A stretch of 64,000 bases of DNA from Octopus sinensis (taxonomy: Eukaryota), in NCBI RefSeq assembly GCF_006345805.1, contig NC_042998.1:77128001-77192000 (forward strand). The letters are read 5' to 3'. This document shows, piece by piece, positions 26,793 to 40,167 of this stretch. The notes beneath the pieces were generated by a model. The model made no database searches and had not been told where the DNA came from. It saw only the letters and a list, made by a program, of their open reading frames with translations. Positions within the stretch are counted from its first letter, which is position 1; every line of letters begins with the position of its first letter. A program made the translations under genes and the position numbers.

Positions 26793-26969
26793 GGAAGTTA
26801 AAAGTTATGGGTTAAGGCTGGTCATAGAGTGACCATTGATTTCACACCTATAAAGCGCTTAGCCGTATAGGCCACTCGCCAGCCTCAAATGACGTGTCCT
26901 TTATATTGCTAATTGCTTTGTACGTGTGAAACCAATGGTCACTCTGACTGGCGATAACTTTTAATTTCC
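26793..26969. mobile_element. Small foldback / MITE-like element
   Basis: ggaagttaaaagttat pairs with ataacttttaatttcc; gagtgaccattgatttcacac pairs with gtgtgaaaccaatggtcactc. Confidence 0.6.
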
Positions 26970-27080
26970 CCCAAAATACCTTACTTTAGAATATGCTTCT
27001 TTTTAGAATATATGAACTATGACGATATACACACACATACGTACATACATACGTACATACACGTACATACATACTGATTT

Positions 27081-27130
<50 letters not shown>

Positions 27131-27137
27131 GTATAGG

Positions 27138-28182
27138 AAAAATGTACTGAGGATAATTAAAATATTTTTTATTATATTTAAAGATTTAACAGGTTTCACA
27201 GTCTACACTGATTTTCAAATAGTTGAAATAGAAGGACGTGGGTTATGTTGCAACTGTCTAGCTCCTGACTAATGTTTGAAGCATGTCCCATTTTTATAGA
27301 AATTTCTTGGCACAAATTACTTTATGTTTTGGATAGGACTTGTTTGGTAGAGGATAGTCATATGACTGGTCTTAGAAATTTTTGGTTATCCGCTACTTCC
27401 GGATGTTAGTAACAAGTGACAATGTTTAGCATCGTAAGTTAAGGCTGATACGGTTGACTGAATATGTCTAGTGACAGTACCAAACATTCAATGCTCTCAA
27501 TGTCTTCTGTCAAGTGTTTGTAGAAAATGAACACGTGATTAAGTCTTGTACATTTTGTACGTTTCCCGCTCGGTCCGTACGTTTGTGTCACGTGACAGTA
27601 TATTTTGCGTCTAAGATGAAAGCCGACACCGTTGAGTGAACATGTTTAGTTACAACCAAGCACTTTAAATTAAATTTGCCAGTTGGGAGAGTGGACAAGA
27701 GTCGCTTTTTTTTGTAGCCCAGTGACTAAAGTTTAGGTTGTTAGCTGTGAATGTTCCTTGTGTTTAGTGGCAGAAATGTACAAACGGTTCTAAACTCAAT
27801 CGCGTGTTCCTTCTCTACAAACACAGGAAGAAAATGTCCAGAGCATTGATGGTTTGGTATTGTCACTACACATGTTCAATAAACCGTGTCAGTCTTAACT
27901 TAAGACGTCAAACATTGTCACTTGATACCAACATACAAACGTAGCAGGGAACTTACACAGTTTTCTATCCTCTACCAATCAAGTCCTATCCAAAACATGA
28001 ACCATGAACTCCCTATAAAAATAGAACAGGCTGTAAACACTTGTCAGAAGCAAGACAGTTGCGATATAAGCCACGTCTTTCTATTTCAAATGTTTGAAAT
28101 CAGTGTGAACCCGGTTAAATCTTTAACCGTAATAAATCTTTCAATATGATAAAACATGTTTTAACTATCCTCAGTGCATTTT
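27138..28182. repeat. About 1-kb diverged foldback (arms about 27138-27565 and 27773-28182), probably PLE terminal repeats in inverted orientation
   Basis: Collinear complementary blocks such as tatcctctaccaa.caagtcctatccaaaacat, aaacattgtcacttg and tatcctcagt.catttt; decayed hammerhead-like motif near each outer end. Confidence 0.8.
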
Positions 28183-28279
28183 CAACTTCTATATTTTTTC
28201 TTATATTTCTAAACGTGTGGAACAAAACGTTATCTATCCATCCATCCGTCCGTCCGTCCGTCCGTCCGTCCGTCTGTCC

Positions 28280-28403
<124 letters not shown>

Positions 28404-28404
28404 G

Positions 28405-29091
28405 AATGGGTTGTTGACCGATCGACGAAACTGTTCTGCACGCGCACGTGCAGTGTCCAACCATTTCGGACCTGTGGGCATATGTCCATCGGCTACTGTC
28501 ACGTGTGGGACGAATTCGGTTGTCGGCCGAGTCTATCAGGAAAATTGCTCCGCCACCTTCGCTTAACCGGGAAGGCAAAGCAGATTTCATCGTACTGGTG
28601 GCCATGGTGAAAGAATGTATGTGGTAGACTCGAGCTGAAGGTTTGGAGACAAGCACTTTCCTCTCTGGCCAATCGCTCATCACCTTTTTCAAGTACCACT
28701 TGAAAACGAAGGTGAAAATAAAGGGGCAAGTTTTGTCTCATGGAAGATTCAATAAATGGTGTGTGAATGTAGCAAAGATGGTACGCGCGAATGACGAAAC
28801 CACTTTGAGCTTGATCCTGTAAATCCAAAAAAAGAGAGAGCAAGCACTTTGCTCTCATGTGTTTTCCCTCCCTGCCTGAGGTTACCGTGGTCTTTTTCGT
28901 AGGCTTTTTTCTACGGATAAACCTTTTTTTTTTTTTTTACATTTTTACTCTGTTCTTTGATACATGATCCCTTTTGATCGGAATTTCTTCCTCCTCTTTT
29001 TCTATTTTTTTTCTTTTTTCTTTCAAAAGGAAAAGCTCTACATTGCATTTTGTACCCTCTGTGTTCGGCCCTATGTGGCTAATGAAGATTT

Positions 29092-29092
<1 letters not shown>
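28405..29092 (+). mobile_element. Tx1/L1-type LINE 3' fragment
   Basis: Reads HLRLTGKADFIVLVAMVKECMW*TRAEGL...FFKYHLK...FNKWCVNVAKMVR, then a T-rich 3' UTR; (TCTA)n on both flanks. Confidence 0.6.
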
Positions 29093-29156
<64 letters not shown>

Positions 29157-30269
29157 TTAGTTTGGTGTTGCAAATACCAATTGCTAACTCGTGTGTGTGT
29201 GTATTGCACCACGTATGTGTATGAACAAAACCTTAGTAAGCTCTACCTGGAAGAATGCCAAACATAATAGAAACCATCCACCAAACTGCTATCTACTTCA
29301 GTTGCATCAGATGCTTGTATAACTTAAATTCCAGTCTGAAAAATGTTGCATGCATGCTCGTGGATCCATTCAACTATCATTGCAAGGCAAATATTGCCGA
29401 TTTCTTGAACGTGGACGTGTCATTCATGTTCAACTTCGGCATAGACCTTGTAACCTCTGCCAGAGAATTATCATTGGTGGCTAAAAGAAAATAATATTCC
29501 TAGCAGTTAACAGCAGTGACCCTGATCGTTGAAGCTCATGGAACAGCTTCACATTATAATCAATGAAAATCGCAATGGGTCAATAGAACTTGAGTTAATT
29601 TGATTATGGTAGTAGGAGTGAACAATAAATAGCACAATTGTAAAACTATAAATTGAATTTAATTGTTCAGGTTGATTTTGGTCATGCACATATCAGTGAA
29701 ACTCTGTACTGAGGAATATTATATGTGATTAGAATTCACACACACATACGCATTTGCGTTTGATATATTATATAATTTCTCCTAAAACATTAATTAGAAT
29801 GAAAATTAAATGCATGTAGAAGTTATGTTCCATGTGTGTATGAGACTATATGCTTATACGTACATACATTCATTAGCAACTAATTTCTACCTTTAATGAA
29901 TTAGCGCTTAAAAATTATAGTAATCTGTCTACAGTTGATTATTTAGATGTTTCCCTACATTTAAACTCCTCAACGTATAAACCTGTCCCTATCTTAATGA
30001 GAAATTCGCATTATATGCACAAACAGTATTGTCACCCTCCTGTAATATTTAAAAAGCTGACAGTAATATTGGTAACAGAGTGTCTAACCTCTCTTCTTCC
30101 AAAGAAATTATCGAGAGAGCTTCCCCCTAATATAACTAGCCAATATCCGCTTCAAAGATCAATTAATATATAATCATTCGAATAATAATCAAAGTATTAA
30201 TAATAGATCTAATGACATCAAAGATACATAACAACACTGGTATTAATCAGGATAATAGAAATAAGGAAC

Positions 30270-30900
30270 TTAAAAATAGGCCAAGGAAAATTATTTGGTT
30301 CGCTCCTCCCTTTCAACCTTAATGTAAAAACTAACATTAGTGAAAGATTCCTGTCTGTCCTAGACTAACACTTTCCAGCAACTCAGAGATACAGGAAAAT
30401 ATTTAATAGGCGTTCTGTGAAATTATCACTTAGTTGCTGCCCTGATATGAAGAGTATCATTACACGTAATCAATACCAAGAGCCTGAATCCAGTTGCAAA
30501 TGTCGTGACCCAGGATCCTGCCCACTTAACCAAAGATGTATACGTAAATCTATCATATATGAGGCAGAAGTTACAGTAAGCCTAAATAATATAGGTCTTC
30601 TGATAAGAAGATCTGTATTGGATTGTGCGAAGTTGAATTTAAAAGTAGCTATGCCAATCTCATAGCCTCCTTCGGACATAGCGACAAAACTAAAGCTACT
30701 AAGTTGGTTAACTACGTATGGACTTTGAAAGATAACGAAATATCGCATGTGATTAAATGGGAGGGGGGATTGAGAAATCCAGACCTTATGTGAATGGATT
30801 GAATAAATGTAGAGTTTGTTTGGCTGAAAGAGTGAAGATCCTGTTTAAATCTAAGACCCCTAGCTCTCATTTGAACTCCAGATTGGAAATTTTCAGTGGT
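30270..30900 (+). mobile_element. Penelope-like element fragment (linker and GIY-YIG)
   Basis: RPRKIIWFAPP, KIFNRRSVKLSLSCCP, CKCRDPGSCPLNQRC..IIYEAEV, TKLVNYVWTLK and CRVCLAERVKI. Confidence 0.85.
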
Positions 30901-30902
30901 TT

Positions 30903-31230
30903 CATAGCTTGCTTACCAACCGCATGGTTCCGGGTTCAGTCTAACTGCGTGGCACCTTGGGGAAGTGTTTTCTACTATAGCCACGGACCGATCAAAGCCT
31001 TGTGAGTGGATTTGGTTGACGAAAACTGAAAGAAGCCCAATGTGACCGCGTGTGTACCGTTGGCGATTGTTTTCCTCCGTCTTCCCTTATCTGGATCTTA
31101 CCTTTTCCTATGTTTCTCGAAACGTTAAACCCTCCTTCTTCCCTTCCTTCCTGAGCGTCCAATAATACTATATTTGTTCCACGTTCTCGCGTTGTTGTGT
31201 TTTCTCTTTGTGTTTTCATGTTTGGATTAA

Positions 31231-31303
<73 letters not shown>

Positions 31304-31550
31304 TGTGTGTGTGTGTGCGTGTGTGTGTGTGTGTGTGGTGTGTGCATATATTTGTGTGTCATTATCCCCACAACATTGCTGGACAACCGATGCTGGTGTA
31401 CTTACGTCCCCTAAACCTAGCGGTTCCACAAAGGAGTCCAATAGAATAAGTACTAGGCTCACAAAGAATAAGTCCCGGGGTCAATTTACTCGACTAAATG
31501 CGGTATTCCAGCGTGACCGGAGTCAAATGACTGAGACAAGTTAAAGAATA
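30903..31550 (+). mobile_element. CORE-type SINE interrupted by a PLE terminal-repeat fragment and microsatellite (about 31040-31340)
   Basis: Head and core 30903-31040 and tail 31350-31550 match the 15737-16146 SINE. Confidence 0.8.
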
Positions 31551-31940
31551 TGTATAAAAATATCTTGAAGAATTGGAAAAAATTCTACCTATTCATGACT
31601 GGCTCGACATCTTTCTAGCCTTATTAGTTAAGGTCTAAGGAGAATAGCTCCTTTAACTTTTTACTTTTTAGTTTCCCGTTTCCGTTTTTTCGTTTTCCGT
31701 TCCTTACTGTCTGCGTCGTCTGTGTTGCTTTCTCATTTTTTCTTTTCGCGTTTCTTCTAATACTCAATTTCTTTAGTTCCGTATTATATGTGGTTTGCTC
31801 CTCAAAAAACATGTTTCAGTCTGGTTTTGGTATATGAAGTAGCGCTTTAATACATGCATTGTGACCTTTAAATAAATGATATTTATCTCTCACCAGATGG
31901 ACTACGTTTTTGGTTGAGTTTTCTATCACTGATCAGTACA

Positions 31941-32039
<99 letters not shown>

Positions 32040-32103
32040 TGTGTGTGTGTGTCTGTGTGTGTGCGTGTTTGTGTGTGTGTGTGTGCGTATATACATACAT
32101 ACA

Positions 32104-32161
<58 letters not shown>

Positions 32162-32454
32162 GCATATATATATATATACATATACATAAATATACATATT
32201 GCTATATTTGGGTATGACCAATTAAACACACATAGTAATTATCTTCACTGTAGGTTTATCGTCTTTATCATCATCATCATCATCATTATCGTCATCGTCG
32301 TCGTCATAATTATCATCATTATTCTTATCAGTTTATTTGTCAGATTCCTTTCGTCATGCGGTCAATGACCTCTCCAGTAATTTTCTGTTCTTCGTGTTTC
32401 TTTTTCCTTCTGGTCTTTTCCAGTCTGTTCAATTTTCTCAGATCTCTGACATAT

Positions 32455-32900
32455 ATATCTACAACAAATATTCTGCTCAATACCACAGATTTGCTCCTCA
32501 GTCGTTTGACCTTAACCAGTTGAGCATGTCCCTTAGTGGCTGACGATATGTGCATCTCTGATCACGAGCAGAAGTAACCGGGGACCATCATAGCCATGTG
32601 TTGAGAGGGATTCTTTGGGGTTTGAATAATTCACCTCTGGAAACTTGAGTGCTTTGCTCATCATCCTTAAACAATCCTTATTCAAGGACCTTTTGAGTAG
32701 GATGGGCTACTCGACCAGAAGAAAATTCTAACTACCTGCAAGATCTTATGCTGTTTATGTTGATATGAGATGACCATGTCGCGCACATATGGTTACCAAT
32801 GTAACCCTTATGGGACGGGTAGTCATGATGGATATACTGGGCTTCGTATATTTTACCCCAGTGTTACTTTGATGGCATGCACTGCTCTCTCACTCAATAA
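32455..32900 (+). mobile_element. Second copy of the (AAT)n-tailed retroposon-like repeat
   Basis: Reverse complement of 16445-16900. Confidence 0.7.
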
Positions 32901-33071
32901 TAATGATGATGATGATGATGATAATAATAATAATAATAAAGATGAAATGAATAGTACGTATGAAACTATTAGTGATAAAAGATGGTCCCCCACTAAATCT
33001 AACAATATCTCTTTTAACACACAATTCCACATCAAGAATCTTTGCAAAACAAATACAGAAACGTATATATA

Positions 33072-33173
<102 letters not shown>

Positions 33174-33214
33174 TATATGTGTATATATATGTATATGTAT
33201 GTATATATATACTT

Positions 33215-33958
33215 TGATACTTTGATACTTTGATAGGTTTCGGCCATTATTGGCCCAGGCCATGTCTAACTTAATAGCACCACCTGGTGAAGTCTTTCAA
33301 GTCAGAATTTGAGCACTATGGCCCACTCAAGTAGAGAGTTATTGTTTACAGAGACATATCCGGGTGTAGGGGGTTTATCCGGGATTTCTTGAAGGAATCT
33401 GTCCAAGGACTTCTTGAACCCTATAGGGTCAGTTTCTGTTTTAATGTGTTTTGGTGTAATGTTAAAGAGAGCGGGGCCAATTGAGGTGAAATAATTGTGC
33501 CGTATTGTTGTTATGAGATGAGAGTGCGATTTTTGTTTTGGGCGGATGGCACGGGGCCCAAGCCTTGGATGTACCTTAAAGGTGATGCCAACATCATTTG
33601 GGCAATGCTGATGGAATATTTTCCACATCATGCAGATGATGTAGCGCTCACGACGACGTTGGAGAGAATAGAGTTTTAGCTTTTCTAGTCGACCCCAATA
33701 GTCGAGGCTTGTCATGCCATCTATCTTTTTTGTGATTGCCCTTTGAGGTGCTTCAACTTTTATGATACCTTGTATTGTGTGGGGAGACCACAGTGGACAA
33801 CAGTATTCAAGGTGGGGTCGGGCAAAAGTGGAGAAGAGAAGGATAATGGTGTGGATATCTCTCGACTGGAAAGTTCTGAGAATCCAGGAACACATTCTGC
33901 GGGCCATGTCAACTTTGGTGTTTATATGAGTGGCCCAGCTTATGTTGTTGTCCACAAT
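33215..33958 (-). mobile_element. CR1-group LINE 3' fragment with (CAAAGTAT)n tail
   Basis: ORF 33302-34078 contains RPHLEYCCPLWSP and LYSLQRRRERY; tandem 8-mer tail at about 33211-33234. Confidence 0.9.
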
Positions 33959-34017
33959 TATATATGTATATATATATATATACATATATACATACATATA
34001 CATACGCACACACACAC

Positions 34018-34111
<94 letters not shown>

Positions 34112-35106
34112 TACCTTAAATTGTACACTGGATTTGGAATGGGCTTTAATGAACTAGGAAATGATAGAATTCTGAATACCCTTTTTAATTTCTCGATTTC
34201 CGATTTCACTATTACTCCCGATATATATTCTATATATTAACTGGATATCATATGTTATTAGTTTGTTTTTTATTGTTCCTAGATTTCATGACACAATTAT
34301 GGAGTCTTGTATTTACAGCAAGCAGTAATTGCTACTCCATAAATTGCACACAATAAAACGTGTCTAGATAGGAAAAAAATATTGATATATAAGATATCAA
34401 TACTATATAGAATTCCTTTAAAAATAAAACGATTGATTATTGAGGCTATACTTGTATCACAACATTAAAGTGAAATAAGATACAGATAAAATACACATGT
34501 CTGAAATAGTGGAGGTACATGACTGTTGACGTGTCTCTATGAGACTGATATACAAATACTAAGAAAACTTAACAATAATGGTTAAAACCTATTTATATTA
34601 TTATAGCACGCCTGACCTGGGATTTGTTTTGGTGGCAACACTTTCAAGGATAACGAGCGTGCCTGATATTCCTTGCCGGAATTTGTCCTGGCATAGTTTG
34701 AATGTTATTTCTTTCGTGATTGTTTCGGGATAATGATAATTTCAGCTGCACCGATTGAGACGAAATTGTTGCTGAATGTCTGACTGGTACTTGGAGCATA
34801 CAACACGGGGTACCAGCGTTGTGTAAATTTTTGAAGTTGATGTTAAGATATTTAAGGCAATGCGGTTAGTGTATATTCTATATCGTACAGATAAAGATGA
34901 GTTCAAGGCAGTGTTGAAGGAACAGACTATGATGTTTTTAAACGCTCGCAAAAATTTAGCCTTGGTGTCCTATTTATTTTAATAAATTAGCTATTAACGA
35001 CAGAATCAGATTTTGTAACGAATTTTAGTTTGTGTATTGTTATAATATGGATCGTCGTTCGGCAATATATATGTTGTCATCGGCACTGTCAGATTCTTGG
35101 CGCCAA

Positions 35107-35707
35107 GGCGGCGAGCTGGCAGAATCGTTAGCACGTCGGGCGAAGTGCTTAGCGGTATTTCGTCTGCCGTTACGTTCTGAGTTCAAATTCCGCCGAGGTA
35201 GACATTGCCTTTCATCCTTTCGGGAACGATTAAATAAGTACCAGTTACGCACTGGGGTTGATATAATCGACTTAACCCGTTTGTCTGTCCTTGTTTGTCC
35301 TCTCTGTATTTAGCCCCTTGTGGGTAGTAAAGAAATAGGTATTTCATCTGTCTTTACGTTTACTCTTCATCCTTTGGGAGTCGATTAAATAAGTACCAGT
35401 TAGGCACAAGGGACGATGTAATCGACTTAATCCCTTTGTCATTATTTGTTCCCTTTGTGTTTATCCCCCTGTGGAAATAAAGAGATTATTATGTGCCAGC
35501 GGTGAGCTGGCAGAAACGTTAGCACGCTGGGCGAAATGCGTAGCCGTATTTCGTTTGCCGTTACGTTCTGAGTTCAAATTCCGTCGAGGTCGACTTTGCC
35601 TTTCATCCTTTCGGGGTCGATAAATTAAGTACCAGTTACGTACTGGGGTCGATATCTGTCCTTGTTTGTCCCCTCTGTGTTTGGCCCCTTGTGGGTAGTA
35701 AAGAAAT
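35107..35707 (+). mobile_element. Cluster of three tandem tRNA-derived SINE copies (Deu/Nin-domain-like)
   Basis: Heads ggcggcgagctggcagaatcgttagc at 35107 and 35499, B-box-like gagttcaaattcc, conserved gcctttcatcctttcgggg..gat.aa.taagtaccagtt. Confidence 0.8.
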
Positions 35708-37773
35708 AATTATGTGGCTGCATTCCGTGTCTTTATTTTTTTCATAAAAAATACACGATTTTCCTTTGTTAGTCTAAACCTGTATTCATTTATTTTTCCG
35801 AATATCTTTTTAATAGATTGCTCCATTGACTCGCTCTTTATCAAAATATCATCGAGATAAGCGATAGCGAAGTTACAATCATTTAACATCGCGTCCAACA
35901 CTTGTTGGAATATGGCAGATGCCACTTTTACTCTAAAAGGAAGCCACTTGAATTTATACAATCCACTGCGTGTATTGATTGTTAAAAGGTGTGCGCAATC
36001 TTCCTCTACCTGTATCTGTAGGTAAGCCTCCGAGAAATCTAACTTCGGGAAAAGTTTTCCTCAATTTAGTTTATTATTTGTTTTCTTTACATAAACCATC
36101 GGAGCTTCCCAGTCTGAATGGTCGATTTTTTCAATTATAGCTGAATTTCTAGTCTTTCTAACTGTATTGATCTGGTCCAACGGTGCATACGGCACGTTCT
36201 GTTCGGGCTTAAAAACAGGTGTAGCCTTTTCCTTTACTGCGATCCTCGCTTTTGTTTTAATGCAACAGCCTAATCCTTCTAAGAAAATATTAAGAAACAA
36301 ATTTTAATTTTCTGTCTCAGTTATTCGAATTCATTCGAACTTTTAACCGCGCCGACTACATTTTCACAGAACACTAATGGGAGTATCCCACATTTTAAAT
36401 AACTCCATGCATTCTGTGCCAAATAGATTTAGTGATTTTTCAACACATAAATGATTGTTCCTTTCGTTTCACCTCGAAAATTACATTGCAAATATATTCG
36501 CCGATGAAATATAATTGCTTTCCTGTAACACCATATGCTACATAATTTGATTTAAATAATTTCGGCTTACCGAAATATTTCTTCATTTCTGACAGAGATG
36601 TCACTACCCATGACTAATTGCATTTTGATACTATTGGTTTCGTTTTACAAACTTTTTCTCTGATGACAAACTATTTGTCTCGTTTGGTCCAATTTTTGGT
36701 CTGCAGAGCGATTTAATATGTCCTATGTTCCTACAATTAAAACACTTGGGTTTTTTTGAACGGACACTTTTTTCTCAGGTGTCTAGTATCACATGCCACA
36801 CATGGGTTTATCTCCTGATATATATCGTGTTTTTTGTGAAAGACTATCTGCCCCCTGACTTTTTCGCCCTGGTTTTATCTGTAAACGATCTCTGCGTTGG
36901 ATTTCTTCTGTGTCGTGCTTTACATTTAATATCATATCGCACTCTTCTGACAGTTTCTGGAGTTATATCCTGGTTCATTTCTAGATTTGCGAGAATTTTC
37001 ATTCTGACTACGGCGTCCTTTTTAGCAGTAAGTCCCTGAGCAGAAATCAGGCACTTGAACAGGGCTGGAGTTAGTTTATATAGTTTAAATCTCTCGCACT
37101 CTCTGTTCACTCGACCCGCATATGTGGTAAAGTCTTCGTCATCGCTTTTTTCAGTGTTCAAACACTGCCAACGTGTGTTGAACAACGATGTGTTTTCATT
37201 AAACATCCTACATATCAACTGTGTCCGTGAAATTTATGTCAGAAACGTTTTAGGCAATACAGTATTTCTCGCGTTTAATCGTCACCAGTCTCCTCAGAAT
37301 TAGACGCGTTTTATTTCGTCCGTCAAGTCTTGACATTCTCTTTCGAAAAGTTGTTCAAATCTTCAGTAATATGCCCCGGGTCATATCTAAATTCATTTAT
37401 TGATTTCGCTATATGGTCTAACGAAAACGTATTTTTCGGTTTTGTTACCAACTTTATCAGTTATAGCATTTGTTGCTGTAACATTTGTTCTTGCTCTTAT
37501 TGTTCTTTGAGCTGTTATTGTTGTTGCTGTTTTTGCAACTCAAATAAGCCCTCTAACAAGTTTTCCATAATTTTTACTGACTTTTGTAAAATATATACAA
37601 CAAAAATATTTCTAACTCCCTTGTCGAGTTTTTAATTTCTCCACGTGAAAAAATTTCAACATCGTCCGTGAATTGTTTATTTTCCCGTGAAAAAAATTTT
37701 TCAACGTTATCTGCGTGAATTGTTTATATTTTCACCGCCACTGTTATAGTGTTGTCGTCGGCACTGTAATATT

Positions 37774-37783
37774 TTCGTCACCA
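37774..37783 (-). promoter_or_regulatory. Primer-binding site candidate
   Basis: TGGTGACGAA a few bases after the LTR on the minus strand. Confidence 0.6.
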
Positions 37784-37789
37784 CTAATA

Positions 37790-38033
37790 TGTTGTGCCGG
37801 TATTCTGCGTCTTATTATCTTTGACTCGTCAATCGTGCTATCGCTGATAGCTCCCCAAAACAAGAACTTTACAAACATCAACCTTGACGGTAACTTGAAC
37901 GCGTATATATCACGTAACTGTCACTGACTCCAACTGAGAACTCGTACAACGACTCTACTACTATTGACCTCCTACAACGACTAACAGTCTGACTCTGTCA
38001 CGTGGGAAGGAGTGTACCATTTTCATTACAACA
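37790..38033 (-). repeat. LTR of the Gypsy element
   Basis: Bounded by TGTTG...CAACA. Confidence 0.7.
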
Positions 38034-39754
38034 CATATCTAACTTGAACTTGGAAATTAATATGTTTTATGCTTGTAATTAATATCTCGGGTATCTTAAA
38101 CCTAAGAAACATCTGTTTAATATGGGTAACTCGCCACGAACAACAGTGTTTCAGTTGTGATCGTACACCAGATTAGAAAATACTAATGCCATTTGACTAG
38201 CTGAACCAGAAATTTTTGAAGTTCTAGAAAGTCACACTTTTGACACGTCAACTTTATTGTCGTCATGGATGCGCCGACTGAGTTTTTTGTCAACAAAAGA
38301 TATTGTACGGTTTCTGATGTTATCAGATGCCATGAGAAGTTGTATGGAGTGAATATTCTTGTTTTAGCAGAACTTATTTTTCTGTGTACACATGTTTACA
38401 TTTTGCAATCGCTTGGCGATATATTGCCTTTTCTGTCACCCAGTGACTTATATCCTGGAAGTCAGGTTTGAGATTTATTCTGATGTTTTCTTTGTAGATA
38501 TTTTTTTGTAACTTAGAGACAGCAACACATATTTTTAATCTGTGTGCATCATGAAATATGTGTTGTCATTTATGTATATCCCGACGACAAGTACGGTCAT
38601 TAGAGTACATTGTCGGGCATCATTGGTAACAATTGTTTGGCTTAGGTGGATTCCATTGGTTTTATGATTATGTCTAGGGAAGAGCGATAGCTTCTTAGAG
38701 AATTCCGTAAGCTTATGGGGATGAGAAGTTGGATTTCATTTATCAAATTCCGTCCGCTTTTTCTGCCCCTTTCGAACAAACCTGCTGGTTTTAAACGGTC
38801 CAGCTCAATGGCTATCAAAACAACAGCAATATATCATCGTTCCTAGCTTATACCTAAGGTCGCAAAAAGTTACCACACTTTACAAATTTCCAGGTATCTA
38901 AAATATAATTTTACTTATAATAACCTGAAATGTAGGGTGGATGTCAAAGCAGTCAACACTTGTGTGGAGAAAATGTCAGGAAGACGTCTAGGTGGGAAGC
39001 TAAAACCGTCGTCATCCTTACAAGAACTATATCAATTCAGAACTCATGTATTTTACGAAAACTCTTTTATATAATTTTGATACCAAAATGGTAATGATTT
39101 CTAGTGGTTTGATTTCGCAGATGTAAACAATGGATGAGTCAATGAACAAACTCTTATGAAATTTCATACGTCAGTAATTTACAATGTCATGTGAGTAAAA
39201 TGGATGAATTATTCACCCGAACTAACCAATCTGGACATTCGAGTATGGCGCTCATCAAACAGTGGTTAAAGAAATAAAGGTATGAAGTAAATAAAAATAT
39301 TTTCATAAATGCCTTCAGTATATGTGACATTAGAAAGGATTTTGACTACTTTTCTGTACGAAGATAATTCTGAGAGTAGCAAAGATTCCCCATTAAAAGA
39401 TGTTTGCAAATTCTTAGGATTTGAAAAAAGCAACATCGAAGAAAGTTGATGACTGATTTTTTAAACTTTTACATGAATTAATTCCAATGGTGTATATTTT
39501 ATAAAAATATAAAGCATACTTATTCCTTTCATTAAAATTGTAAAGCACTATCTTCTAAGTATGCAGTGACATTTTTTCTCATAAAGAGAAGCTAGAGTAT
39601 TTTATTGGTGACGACATTAATATCTATGGTTTTATTATATTTTAATTTTCGCTTTAAATTTAGGGTGTTTCCAGGTAAATGCGCCCGCATTATATACTAC
39701 GATATATGGTTTCTATAAAATTATATAGTCTGCAGCAGGTCTCATTTTGTGTAC

Positions 39755-39801
39755 GCAGAATTGGTAAGTCACAAAAAAGACGAAACATCGATGTCTATCG
39801 C
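39755..39801 (+). ncRNA. Orphan hammerhead-like motif (decayed, U3-A8 type)
   Basis: TTGGTAA GTC-acaaaaaa-GAC GAAA CATCGATG TC: stem II, GAAA, palindromic stem III and GUC triplet. Position 6 is G and stem I is poor. Confidence 0.4.
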
Positions 39802-39999
39802 ACCTGAATGGGATCTGTTGTAAGTTATCTCACTTGTCTACGACTTCCGAGTGTCTTAACGCCAGGTGCAAGAAGATAATATATTCTCTGACGCCTATAA
39901 GTGTTGAATAACCACGAACGCCACGAACGAACTTGCAAAATGCATAGAGTTTGTATGGGTGTTCGATATTGTTTATATTCTACTGCTTTTAACTCATAT

Positions 40000-40039
<40 letters not shown>

Positions 40040-40074
40040 TATATATTATATATATATATATATATGAATATATA

Positions 40075-40167
<93 letters not shown>

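Larger units (their letters stand above)
35711..38033 (-). mobile_element. Truncated Ty3/Gypsy LTR retrotransposon (5' LTR, gag, protease, partial RT)
   Basis: gag ENTSLFNTRWQCL, CCHC knuckle near 36720-36800, protease-like GSDIS, RT SAIFQQ..AYLDDIL. No integrase or second LTR in the window. Confidence 0.88.

Noticed and set aside
29240-29490. Exon-like stretch with acceptor- and donor-like sites on the minus strand
   Set aside because: All three minus frames have stops between the sites, and the plus-strand 79-aa ORF has no recognisable features.
34560-35030. Possible further PLE remnant on the minus strand
   Set aside because: Too degraded to recover GIY-YIG or RT motifs.
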